A DNA stretch of 21,587 nucleotides from Ginkgo biloba. Lineage: Eukaryota > Plantae > Ginkgophyta. Location: assembly GCA_024626585.2 (NCBI GenBank), contig JANKJI020000004.1, positions 153,760,088 to 153,781,674 of the forward strand. The letters are read 5' to 3'. Below are positions 1 through 11,616 of this stretch, piece by piece. The position numbers and the translations under genes are program-made. The notes beneath the pieces were generated by a model. It ran no database searches. It was not told the DNA's origin and saw only the letters and a list, made by a program, of their open reading frames with translations. Positions within the stretch are counted from its first letter, which is position 1, and every line of letters begins with the position of its first letter.

Positions 1-335
1 TTTTCTTCAAATAATCTCTTGTTATAGGGTCTGGTTGAGTTTCGTTTCCCGTCACCAAATCCCAACATTCTTTATGTGTGAGAATAATTTCCATCTTGTG
101 TTTCCATGCCAAATAGTTTTCCCCATTCAATCTATGGGTTTCCGGCATCATTAGGTTTTGAATGATTGACATGTTTACACACTTATTTTTTAAAAAAATG
201 TGTTTTAACAACCGAATAACGGACCTAGCACCTCAATTACTGAACAAAAGTCTACAATTTTAATGAAATATTAAATTTTGACTTTTCTTTGCCCTTTTTC
301 CATTTTCTGATGTGAATTATTTAGTGTTTTTACAC

Positions 336-395
336 TTTCCGTCAAGAAACTTGAATATTTCCGTCAACAAACGTGAAATTTAAATTTTTCGTCAA
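336..395 (+). repeat. Three closely spaced TTT(C/T)CGTCAA motifs in an AT-rich tract; possible DNA-transposon subterminal or promoter motifs
   Basis: tttccgtcaa at 336-345 and 358-367, ttttcgtcaa at 386-395, and a related ttcccgtcac at 46-55. Function is inferred. Confidence 0.5.
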
Positions 396-1247
396 CTCCA
401 AAAATTACAATTTTAACTTTGAAAAAAAATACTCTTGCATGGGCCGCACAACTTCCTTCTCTACGCACAAATTTTTCGAATGCAGATTTCCTTCCACTAC
501 CGCGATTCGAATTTTCACCAGCCCAAATGTTGCAGATGGGTGCTTCAGGTGGGTTTCACCACGAGTGCTTCATTCCACAGGGATTTCTTGACCACTACCC
601 ACGTTCTCACATGTGTTCCCCGCATCGCTTCTTCAATGGCGAATCATTCGACGACTACAATCTCCAAGTGTTGGGTTATTTGCTGGAGGAACCCCTACGG
701 TCTTTTCTTCACAGACGCCACGCTACAACTTCACAGAAATTTCTTTCGGTTCCCATCAGTCACGTGAGTTTCTTCCTCACTGCTTCAGGTGATCCCGCGT
801 CGCTGCTAAGGTTACCACATCTCACAAGAACGTGTTGATTCAATGGTGTTTCACCCTGTTGCCGCGTTTATGGTGCTCCAATGTCACAGGCACTCCGCTT
901 CACCGCAAACCACAATCCTTCGCGTTGCTTGTTCTGTATTCAACAGCTACCACGATTTCTTGCTCTCACGCATTCTTCCTTCAACACAAACCATGGGTTC
1001 TCATTCAACGCATGCAAACTCTTGCGTTCTTCAATGTTCAAAAATGAAAACCATATGTAAATTTTCTATGATTCAACTCCGGTTTCTCAGTCTCAATAAG
1101 TTTTTCTTAGGTTTCTTGGTTTTCTTGCACACTCAGAAATGCAGAAANNNNNNNNNNNNNNNNNNNNNNNNNNNNNNNNNNNNNNNNNNNNNNNNNNNNN
1201 NNNNNNNNNNNNNNNNNNNNNNNNNNNNNNNNNNNNNNNNNNNNNNN

Positions 1248-1263
1248 CTCTCTCTCTCTCTCT
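1248..1263. repeat. (CT)n microsatellite truncated by an N-run
   Basis: ctctctctctctctct directly follows the 100-N run at 1148-1247. Confidence 0.85.
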
Positions 1264-1299
1264 GTGTAACTTCTATGTTTTTGAAGCAAAAATTTCATA

Positions 1300-2210
1300 T
1301 TGAAGAAAGTTGTATGTGGCTAAACTAATGATGTCTCACTACGCCTAATTTTTCTTTTCTATGGCTAGAACTTTGGCTATCAAGTTGAGAGGATACCCCT
1401 CTATTATATTAGCCATACGAGTTGAAATAGACCCTAAGTGACTCTCAAGTTAAGAGGATATGCATTGAACTGTCAATCACAACACTAGCAAAAAAATATA
1501 AATAAATGGTTGCCAGTTAAGGCGAAAACCCTACTAAGGTTAACCCTAGTGTTGAAAAGGGGCCAGAGCAATACCTATGGCATTACACCCTTATTGACGT
1601 CAGGTTGAGAGGACGATACTAAAGGATCAATAATAGTTTGTGTTACTAGGATCCTACCACGAAGGTCCCATATCCATATCCAATCCGTTTGGAATACGAA
1701 AACGATTAGGAAACAGCTAGGAAACGTTTCCTAGCCGTTTAAGACTGTTTCTCAAGTGTTGGTGGTGGATTCTCAAAAGTTTTAGGGGATAATCTTTCTA
1801 AAACTCACTTAAGAGCACAAAAATCATATGCAGGAGAATTTTCCACAGCTGAAGAGAGTAGTGGAAAGAGGGAGATGCAAATATCACTATTAGAATCATT
1901 AGACCCTGGGAGTAATTATTCATCTATTGATTGCATAGTGTAGGGTATAGAGACCCAAGTTAGAAAAAGATATTGATAATGGATCCATAGATTTTGTTGC
2001 GTTAGATGGCTCTTTAATGCCAGTTAATTATTCCTTTGACATAGATGGAGGTGATTCCCAAGTTAGTGGCAAAGGGATATTAAACACTTCAAATCATTTT
2101 GAATATCAACATGCTTCACTCGAAGCTAACAATTCACATTCTCTCTTTCCATCTAGCCCAAAATATTATGTTTATTCAGTTGTCAAAGAGAGAGTGATCT
2201 CACATGATTC
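1300..2210 (+). mobile_element. Probable degenerate LTR-retrotransposon 5' leader / gag-start fragment
   Basis: Stop-riddled acidic, Ser-rich reading and a repeated (A/G)GTTGAGAGGA motif (about 1383, 1450, 1603). No diagnostic domain; a resemblance call only. Confidence 0.3.
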
Positions 2211-2276
2211 AAAGTTTTGTGCTCAAACTGATGAAAGAGTACACTCAAAACTTGGGGAGTTTAAATTTTATAAAAG

Positions 2277-4700
2277 GGATATAACAGTTGACTCGAGCAT
2301 GAACAGAGAGTGGTGATCAAAACAGAATGAGAAAGGAGTTGCAGAAAGTGGAGTACAGAATTGGGAATTTTTTCATATGATGCAGCCAGGGGTAAGTTGA
2401 TAACTTGTCCATCAATGTTCTATTAGTTGTTATGATAAATTAGGAAACAGATTGTGTTGCATGTTTTAAATAGGATGTTAATTGTTGGAAGGTGATGAAA
2501 TTCTTAATGTTCATTAAAATCTTATGTATTATTATATTTGAGTCTGAACTATGAATCCATGTTCCTCATTATGCTCATTGGGTGTTCCTTTGGAGTATTT
2601 TATTACAATCACAACTGCTCATCACTTTATATTCTGGATTACATTTTAAATGAGAGGGGAAGAAGAGATTACAATCAGGCAAACTTTTCCACAAACCCTT
2701 TCATAAGGATGATTGGAATAATTCTGAATTCAACACTGCAAAGGTAGCACATCAGAAAATACTCCAGCTGTTTACGCCCGCTTCCAAGAAACACAGAGCA
2801 CACATCTTAAAACTTGGCAAGTATTTTCAGGTTTTACTTTTAGAAATCTTCATGAATACAATCATTTTGTACTGTCATTTATCCAAATTACATAGCAGCA
2901 TGCTGACAACAAGATAATTACTTTTAGATATTCAAATTGCTATAATTTGCCCATGCACTTTCTATTTTCAGACTTCCATCACTAATTTTAGAGCCACAGA
3001 TGAGCTCTACACTATGCTTTAGGTTTTTGAGACAGATTCCATTCTTGCACATTATTTGTTTCCAAAAGCAGTCTATATGTCCTAATCGATGTAGGAAAGC
3101 ATCCATTTCTGAAGCCCCAAGTACAAGAGAAATCAAACCATGATCCAAACTTGCATGTGCTGGTTCTTATTGGCTGTGATACCACTGTACCATCTCCATT
3201 TTTCTTCATGTGCAAACAGAGTATGGATGGCATAGCTTGAACTGTCATAGAATAAATAATGCATCCATTTTTTAATAGGACATAGCTTAAACCGTAAATT
3301 TTGTGTGTCAAATGTCTTTCACAACTTTCATTGAATGGAATTGAAGATGACGAGGAGGAATAATGTATTAATAAAGTCTACCTCACATTCACTAACATGA
3401 GAAGGAAAATGAATAAGTAATTTATCTGTAAAAGGAACCATGCCTGCATAAATTATCGTTGGGTGTAGATGGTTTCATATTTTAGTATATGTGTAGCTAG
3501 AATCATGCCTGCATAGCTCCAATATTATAATTGGATATGTTTTAGTTCTATTGTCATTAAACATAGATTTATTTACAGGACATGACTATAAGAGTATAGA
3601 AGTTAACATTCAAGCATTGTAGTTGTGAAAAATTCAATATTGTATTAGGCTCACTCTGTGCCAAAGATATTTGACACATGTTATTCTGATCTATAAAGCT
3701 AGTATAAACTCGTTGCATTAGTCACCACAATGGATACACAACCCATGCATATTACTGTATTGTTTCAGAATCGGACCTTGAAACACTGATTGTTTCTAAA
3801 ACCAGCATCAACATTATCTAAATATTATTTATATAAATGTATATTATAATGGCATTTGAATACAATAGAAATGGTGCCCAAAATTTCTTTTTATTATTCT
3901 TTCAATATTATTTTTATTACTCAATGTTATTTCAAAAATCTATTTACCTATTTATTATATTTTTCCGAGTGAAGTTTAAACTGATAATTTTTTTCTCTTT
4001 TTTTGATTTGAGAGGGGCTTGGATGGTTGGTCAGTTCTCTTATTCTTTCAGTATATAGTACAGATATATATCAAGTCTTTACTGTGATAGTGACTTCAAA
4101 TTCCATTCAGGGAGTAAAGGGATCTATCCCAGGGAAGAGTTCTGAAAGAAAATGCCTTAACGTAAAAAATGAAAACATAAGCAGAGCAACATGCAGTGCT
4201 GTTTAAGGAGAGGGGCATTGATCAGCTAAAAGAAATCAATGATTTCAACACCATGAACATGTATTAGAAGCCATGGTCACTTGTAACTCACAAGAACCCT
4301 CAACATTGCTAGAAGACATCTCATAGAACTTTGAATCTGTATTTTATTTTGTTTTTTTACTGTCATGGATATGGACACATGCTTTTTTGCAATGCTCATT
4401 TTATCACCACCCAAATGTGCTTGGGAGCTTCCATGTGCCACGACTTGCCTCTTGTTTGGAATTGCAGGAAACTGACTGCTATATTTGACTGCGATCTACT
4501 ATTCAAGTCAGAAGTCTTATTAAATGCATCGCTGTGTTTAGATTGGTCAAGCACTGCTCCATCCCATTAGGGGTCTTCATTATATTTCTGTCATGTATTA
4601 TGTCCAAGATGTAGTCAAAAGTCAGAAAGACCGATCAATTTGAACAGGTTGGAATGAGTTCAAATCTTATGGGATGATTACCGAGCTTACAGGCTTCTCA
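2277..4700 (+). pseudogene. Spliced pseudogene with two tandem divergent Ulp1/C48-like domains (copies A and D)
   Basis: Phase-0-compatible exons: ..2391|GTAAGT, AG|2657-2830|GT, AG|2972-~3370. They read ESGVQNWEF..|GKKRLQSGKLF..AKVAHQKILQLF..|..ILAHYLFPKAV/YVLIDVG..LHVLVLIGCD..IMHPFF..ILCVKCLSQL. Exon AG|3649 reads AHSVPKIFDTC. The second copy reads ERGLDGWSV (4010), RDLSQGRVL..AVLFKERGIDQL (4111-4338|GT) and NVLGSFHVPR..CIAVFRLV (4414-4690). Many stops and frameshifts. Confidence 0.6.
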
Positions 4701-4879
4701 TGATAATGAGGNNNNNNNNNNNNNNNNNNNNNNNNNNNNNNNNNNNNNNNNNNNNNNNNNNNNNNNNNNNNNNNNNNNNNNNNNNNNNNNNNNNNNNNNN
4801 NNNNNNNNNNNCGAAGTTAGAGATAGAATAAATGACAAATCAGTCCCAATTATATAGGAAAAAGACAACACAGGTCATA

Positions 4880-6694
4880 GTATACAATGTGTCTAAAGAA
4901 GTAGCTTATAAAACCACTAAGATGGTTTTGTAAATTCGTAGCAATATCCACTCTTTACATCATCGAAGGACATACAGCGTCCACTAATTTGTGCAATTAA
5001 CAACCAATGGAAGAATTATAAGTTCATATCAACTAAGTAATATCCTGTGGTCCCAAACTTACAAAGAGCACTCTTAATGGATATTCAAGATGTACGAGGA
5101 ATAGAAAATCCAGCAAAATGTTCCATCAGAGGTAATTTCTTGTAATTAGGATCACATGTTGGAGTATTGTCTGTTTACCATCCTCATAGAAAAAAGATGA
5201 GAATCTATTTCATTGATTTTATGAAATCGACAGCAAGGAACAAGAACATTCCCAGGTTGTCAAACGAATGCTTGAGAAGGACCCATAAAGAATACACTTG
5301 TGGGTCAATGATAAGTCTGTTAAATGTTTATGTCATGTATCCTCTAAAACGTGCCATCCTTTGAATTGTATGTATTAGTGAAATCAATGCATGAAATGAT
5401 GGTAAAAGAAGAATGTTTGTCCCGAGTCCTGACCAAGAAGAAGTCACAAAAAACACAGGTAAGCACTGTTTTATGAGCAATATGAAAAAACATGACATTT
5501 GTGAGAGTCAGGCCAACTAACAACAGCAAGAGAATACTCAGTAGATATAGCGTATTCCATCTAAGACACCAAAAGTGCAATAATCACTGAGTTACATGTG
5601 TTATTCATGGAAAGTGAAGATGATGACTGCAGACAGTAGCACCTTATTGTGAGAAGCAGCACACACACATATGTTAGAGCCTGCAGAACATTTGGTGTCA
5701 TCGGCATCATGTTAGCCTTACTTGGCCAACAGCATAATATGCCGCTTATACTAAATTGTTTTCCTATCCTAAACATAAAAGCCGCTCCTCTAAACCTGAA
5801 AAACAGACTAATTAGACCTGCATCTAATATAAAGAATGCATAAGAGTGGGATATGACTTTATTTGTGCACTCAAATATGAAAACAATCATAAAATTAATA
5901 CACAATACAAGTGCAACAACAAACAATCATTAATTCATGGTATGTGTATTGTTAGTGTGTGAATTTATAATTTAGAACAACAAGGATTGTTAGACCAAGG
6001 TCCATTTGCAGGTAAGCACCCAAACACCTTCCGTTGTCTGTGGGGACTGCATATGGGCTTGAACAGAGAGGGCAGCCAAACCTCTAGTGCATAAATGCAA
6101 TCTTCAACACCCAAAAACTATTAAGGATTCGATGCATTCCAGTCCATATCCCCGCTCAATCAAGGATGCTAAGTGCATGCTATTTTGGCTTCTTTGGAAT
6201 TAGGATAACCCCTTAGTCAAGGATATTATCCACCCCTACTAATAGTTTTGTGATTAACNNNNNNNNNNNNNNNNNNNNNNNNNNNNNNNNNNNNNNNNNN
6301 NNNNNNNNNNNNNNNNNNNNNNNNNNNNNNNNNNNNNNNNNNNNNNNNNNNNNNNNNNGGGGGTTATGAGGGTGAGGTGGAGGGTGGGGGGTGGGGGTTA
6401 TCATAGTTTGGTGAAGGTGGTAAGTTGACTATCATAATTTTATAATTTTTCCCTTAAGGTTTTAACATGTTATATGTAATAAAAAGATTAAATATTAATA
6501 AGTTGAAGGGTTTTAAAGTAAATTATGACAAATTGTTTGAGAAAGGGAGAATACAAGAGTACCTGGCCTTCAAAAGAATTCTCTAGATATTGAAGAATCC
6601 TTTCCCCTGGAAGATGGTGAATTCCAACCCACTGTGTAATCTGCAATGTGATCTCACTGATACCAATACTCAAGGCAATAAATTGTTCCTGCAC
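4880..6694 (-). pseudogene. Spliced pseudogene segment with two tandem divergent Ulp1/C48-like domains (copies E and C)
   Basis: AG/GT-bounded exon 6694-6563 reads ..GERILQYL... Segment 6258-5990 reads LLVGVD..HALSIL..LKIAFMH..YAVPTDNGRCLGAYL. Further exons: 5817-5643 (FSGLEE..AVGQV), from 5560 (TNVMFFHIAH), and 5358-5063|GTAAGT (RFRGY..RLIID..FLAVD../SSFFYEDG..YPLRVLF). Confidence 0.6.
6359..6420 (+). repeat. G-rich low-complexity tract abutting an N-run
   Basis: gggggttatgagggtgaggtggagggtggggggtggggg; several G3+ runs, so G-quadruplex-compatible. Confidence 0.6.
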
Positions 6695-6999
6695 CTGTTT
6701 AAAGACCATGAGCTAGATTGATTGTAGGAAAACAATAACTACATATATAGAATATTAACAAAGATGAGCAAAATCAAGCATGATAGAGAAAACCACCAAA
6801 TGTTTAGGGCAAGAAAATTTCACACAAAACTATGTTGAATATTCAAAAGATATATTTCAACATGCATGATGTTATAACTCTTTACAAAGTTGCAAAAAGA
6901 AAACTACCATGTGTTTCAGTTATAAAAGTTTTGTAATGTGAATTTAAATGTCCAATCCAATGAAGCTCAACACCAAATATAAATATCAATCACTCTAAG

Positions 7000-7970
7000 A
7001 CCACAAAACATTAACGCAATTTTGATGCCATTGCTACGAAAATCTCCTTGCCAATTGTCATTGCCTTGCCATCCCAATGTACTTGCATCATCTTCTACCA
7101 TGCAAACACAAGCATCCTTTGTTGTTTCCCTATTATCTGCACTGTACATGCACTTATTTGTACCATGTGAATTTGATTTGCAAATATCAAAGTACTTGTC
7201 ACAATGCTCTAGGTATTCATGCCCTTGATGGCCTTCTTGCCAACATTTTGTACACCAAACTTCCTTTCTTTACGCTCTTCATGACTTCTCACACAAGCCT
7301 TGCCATATCATCCTCCAATGCTTCCATTGTTGCACTGCCTTCGTCTTCATCATCATCATATTTCACTTACCTTCTATGTTTGTTCCTCCTTAAAACTATG
7401 AGCCCTATTCAATGCTTCTTCATACATAGCAACTGGCACCACCTTCAACTTCCTTCAATATTTGGGTTATGGCCCTTCAATGAACCCTCTTTTCTTTAAT
7501 CCATTTGTGACACTATATATTTTCTTCATCAACGCCTTCAATCTATTATTCTACTCTCTAAAGGTCTACCCTCAATTCTATCACAAGTTATCGATTTGAT
7601 CTATAACTTTATCATCATCTCACAGACGTTAAGATTCTTTTATCACTGCTTTAAGCAAGTTTGTNNNNNNNNNNNNNNNNNNNNNNNNNNNNNNNNNNNN
7701 NNNNNNNNNNNNNNNNNNNNNNNNNNNNNNNNNNNNNNNNNNNNNNNNNNNNNNNNNNNNNNNNAAGTTGGTTTTGCTCCATCTAAGGTGGTTTTGACTC
7801 TCCTTATAGTGGTTTTCAACTTCCTAGAGGCAGTTTTGCCTTCTCAAGGCACTTTTGGTCAACTTTTGGTGTTTTTCGACTCATTTTCCTCGTCTAATCG
7901 TACCATGTCCTCTGTTGATGCCACGTCATCACCTTTTGTCGCCAGTTTGCCATATTTGTTAGGGACGAAT
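7000..7970 (-). mobile_element. Degenerate Ty3/Gypsy gag (retrotransposon gag plus two CCHC zinc-knuckle relics) with upstream leader
   Basis: 7664-7370 reads LLKAVIKES*RL*DDDKVI..TFRE*NNRLKALMKK..GLKKRGFIEG..RKLKVVP..YEEALNRA. 7257-7150 reads WCTKCWQEGHQGHEY..YFDICKSNSHGTNKC. Including 7765-7970, across the N-run, is less certain. Confidence 0.8.
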
Positions 7971-7971
7971 A

Positions 7972-8645
7972 TCCTGCAAACAAAGAGTTATGTGAGACAA
8001 GATGATCAATGATTTGGGGTAAAACGAGGAGGTTGGTAAGTACATAATCTACAATGCTAGCTTGTCCTTTATGTGGATAATAGGTGAATGATCAGATCCA
8101 GGAAGCAAGAGAGACCATTTAGAATAAACAAGTCAAGTGAATCACCTAGGCTAATGAAATATCGCCCATATGCAGTTCCAGGTACCTCTGGATTGGCTGA
8201 GTTTCTCTCTAATACACAATCCTCAAGGTCAAGCAATAAACTAAACCTCATTGTCCACTAGATCACGAATGGGGATCTAACAAATGGCCATCCAGGGATT
8301 AAAATATAGCAGTAAAATGGCATCAACCTAAGTGGAAAACATTGAGAAATAATGGTAAAGATCTAGGTAAGGATTTCCGTCAACATAAACAGTGAACTAA
8401 AATGGTGATGGTGGAAATAATACACTAAACACAATCTTTGAAGAGGAGGTGCACCACCAATGACAAAATCAAAAAGCACAATAAACAAATGTTAATAAAG
8501 AATGTACGAAAATATCAATAGAAAAATTAGGGATTTTTGGCAAGGCCAATGTGTATTGACCGACGCAATAAATATGTTCTTCAGTTTTAAAATACTGGAG
8601 AGGGGAGGGGTTCTTTGTTTACCATGGAACATATTTGCATCATGG
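7972..8645 (-). mobile_element. Degenerate LINE ORF2 AP-endonuclease (non-L1, RTEX/L2-like)
   Basis: LFPP..PYLDLY..DAILLLYFNP (relic of GDFNA) ..ERNSAN..TAYGRYFISLGDSLDLFILNGL../FTYYPHKGQASIVDYVL. The upstream 8645-9050 stretch may be its ORF1 remnant (unsupported). Confidence 0.8.
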
Positions 8646-9054
8646 TGCCCAGATACAGGTATTGGGTGTGGGTGTAGTCCTCCATAAGATGATTTGCCAT
8701 GCCCAGAGCTGACGACAAACTCCCACATATTGTCTTTCTTATAGGGAAAAAGAGAAGCCTATTAATCATCAACCTCTCAGATTAGTAGAGAGATATTTGT
8801 AAACAGCTACCGCAAATACCAGATTTGCCACACAGCTGTAACTCTGATTAACATGTCAGAAACACACCTAATGTCGATTCAGACCCAATATAAAGATCAC
8901 AGAAGGAGTCCCGATATATGCCTGAATCGGTCTCTAAGTAGGTTCAAAAGAAGTAATGAGTGGTGAAACAACAATGTCCTCGCAATATGCTGAAACAGAG
9001 CCTCACCTACTGCAGAAACCGAGGCCGAATAGATCTGCTCAATCCTGGAGCATA

Positions 9055-10690
9055 TCAGTTGCGCAATGGCTTCCAAAATAACTAACATGGGCATATATGA
9101 GCTTCAAAAGAAAGTTCTCATATTAAATGAGATCAATTTTTCAAGTCTCAGTGTAAAGCCCAATTGCATGTGAACTAACATGCTGCTCTGAGAAGAAGGT
9201 ATATCAAAACCAACCATTACACAAAAATAGGATTTTGTCAACATATCTAATTGGTGGCAGATAGATGGCCTATGTCAATAACATTAATGTTGTGAAGCAT
9301 ATCAGGAGTGTGATCCCTAAACATGACCTTTCATCCCTAGATCAGTCCTTCAGACAAGCTGAATGTCTCTAGTGGAAAAAATTGACATTTCTCGATCCCT
9401 TGCAGATTGGCAACTTATCTATAATTCTCTCTTACAACATATTGGCCAAAGTAATTGCTGATAGACTCTCCACATATGCATTAGCTTGTCTGTCCATGAC
9501 ATCCAACATTTGCTCAGATTAACAATACTGGGAACAATATTCCTCTTAATAAGACGCATCCTCAAGACCCACAACTTGAATCTCAAACTCATTTTGCTAT
9601 CAAGATAAAGCACCTGTGTTCTCCAAACACCATCTGTAAAGTAACATGAAAATGCTGAAGCAAATTCCCAGCTTATGGCATTATTGTAGCAGCTTGGAGA
9701 CAAATATGTTACCTGTATGCTCGATTAGCTTGAGATCTACTAAAAAGACCGGTTACAACTCTCTACATTGTGAAAATAATGAAAGGGAAAACAGAACCAT
9801 ACACAAATGAAAATTCATCTAACACANNNNNNNNNNNNNNNNNNNNNNNNNNNNNNNNNNNNNNNNNNNNNNNNNNNNNNNNNNNNNNNNNNNNNNNNNN
9901 NNNNNNNNNNNNNNNNNNNNNNNNNNNNNNNNNNNNNNNNNNNNNNNNNNNNNNNNNNNNNNNNNNNNNNNNNNNNNNNNNNNNNNNNNNNNNNNNNNNN
10001 NNNNNNNNNNNNNNNNNNNNNNNNNNNNNNNNNNNNNNNNNNNNNNNNNNNNNNNNNNNNNNNNNNNNNNNNNNNNNNNNNNNNNNNNNNNNNNNNNNNN
10101 NNNNNNNNNNNNNNNNNNNNNNNNNNACCATGCAATCAAGACAAGTGCTATCAGGTGTAGGAACAGAGCACACTGACGGAGCACATTCTGCCCAGCCCTC
10201 GAGTAAAACAGGTACAAGGGCTTGTAAGCTTTCAAAAAATCCACAAGTTCCTGCACAAATAATGAAGATTGACTCAACTAATCATTTTAAATTGGTATCC
10301 AAAATAGTTTCTACAACAAGGCACCAAAAAAATATGAATACATGAGCTCAAAAGCCTAGCCAACATTCATGATTGCTCAATGTAAGTAAAAAAACAAAAA
10401 TATCAGATCTGCTTCTTGCAAAATAGGCCTTCTGAAATCAACATGGCACTGCCCTTAATAAAAACAACTAAACCAAAACTCATGAAGAATATTTACCCAA
10501 GATATAAACAACTGAAAAAGTAGCCAAGAGAATTCTTTGTCTAATGGGAAAGATCATCAATTGCAACCCATGAGGTTGCTACTTCCATTGTCAAGCAGTT
10601 GTGTGTCAGACCCCACATCTGCCAGGCGGATGTGCCCATTTAAGGAATCAGGCTCTTCATCATCCAAATTCTTTTCAGAGCACTTGTATT
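9055..10690 (-). pseudogene. Spliced pseudogene segment with two tandem divergent Ulp1/C48-like domains (copies G and B)
   Basis: 10685-10497|GT reads EPDSLNGHIRLADVG../WVAIDD..LGYFFSCLYL. AG|10310-10127 reads FFESLQALVPVLLEGWAE..CSVPTPDSTCLDCM. AG|9633-9056 reads VVGLED..ANML*ERIIDKL..RNVNFFH../MFRDHTPDMLHNINVIDIG/..SYFCVMVGFD..LEKLISFNMRTFF*SSYMPMLVILEAIAQL. Confidence 0.6.
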
Positions 10691-10719
10691 AAATAACAAA
10701 AACAGTTGCTTACTGCAGT

Positions 10720-11314
10720 CTTAAGCCAGTTTCAGTCTATAATACTCCACCCATGTTCGTCAGCCATGTAGACTAAATGGTCGTCATTATGGCTAGAAGA
10801 GCACCCCACTTTTGTCAATGGCAATCCCAAACTAACTCCCCACATTGTGGGTGCCTGAACTTTGCTTTCCTATACCACAGTCACTGATGGGGAAGCCACG
10901 GTAATTGGGGTTGATGGTCCCTCAGTTGTAGAAGCTTTGTCCTTAGCTTCCAATTGTTGTTTTAGCATCGTGCCTTCCTTCCTAACTACTGTTGCTAGTT
11001 GAAGTATCCAAGCTCGCTCTGTCTTCGACTTCTCCTCCCATTGTCATTTCTCGGAAATCCATTGGGCCAGAATTGCCGCCACTTTCGCTTCAGCCTGTCT
11101 TTATTGTTGTTGTATTTGCTAACATGTACTATGGAGTTCGACTTCCATCTGATTCACTTGTTCTCACAAGTCTTGATTCATGTAGTATTGGTTGCACTCT
11201 GTTTTCTTCTTCCCTTTTCTTCAAGGTTGCTTTGTTTTGGGTCTTTTGATGTATCCTCCCAATTTCTTTTCTCAAAAATTGTGTCCCTAGTTTTTAGCAA
11301 TCGCTAGTTCCAAT
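10720..11314 (-). mobile_element. Probable LTR-retrotransposon 3' fragment (decayed charged/coiled-coil accessory ORF plus PPT-like tract)
   Basis: K/E/Q-rich broken frame (QLEAKDKASTTEGPSTP) followed by AAAAGTGGGG near 10804-10813. No diagnostic domain. Confidence 0.3.
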
Positions 11315-11616
11315 NNNNNNNNNNNNNNNNNNNNNNNNNNNNNNNNNNNNNNNNNNNNNNNNNNNNNNNNNNNNNNNNNNNNNNNNNNNNNNNNNNNNNN
11401 NNNNNNNNNNNNNNNNNNNNNNNNNNNNNNNNNNNNNNNNNNNNNNNNNNNNNNNNNNNNNNNNNNNNNNNNNNNNNNNNNNNNNNNNNNNNNNNNNNNN
11501 NNNNNNNNNNNNNNNNNNNNNNNNNNNNNNNNNNNNNNNNNNNNNNNNNNNNNNNNNNNNNNNNNNNNNNNNNNNNNNNNNNNNNNNNNNNNNNNNNNNN
11601 GGTTAAATGATTTCAT

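Noticed and set aside
373-1328. Overlapping ORFs of 71-161 aa on the + strand
   Set aside because: No recognisable domain. Several frames are open at once because of locally higher GC, and one ORF runs through Ns.
5990-6060. VPTDNGRCL read as an OTU protease VPGDGNC motif
   Set aside because: The surrounding motif order (His block upstream, GAYL after the Cys) fits a C48 C-terminal box better, and no OTU core follows.
6488-6709. Intact host exon VQEQFIALSIG..FEGQ of a functional gene
   Set aside because: Better explained as a frameshifted exon of copy E; the neighbouring exons are all disrupted.
7940-7970. LTR end plus PBS (CCCTAACA..TGGCGAC) on the - strand
   Set aside because: The tRNA complementarity is too short to call.
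9763-10345. Long ORFs in the track spanning N-runs (also 11287-11616, 13158-13547 and others)
   Set aside because: Their length is an artefact of X codons.
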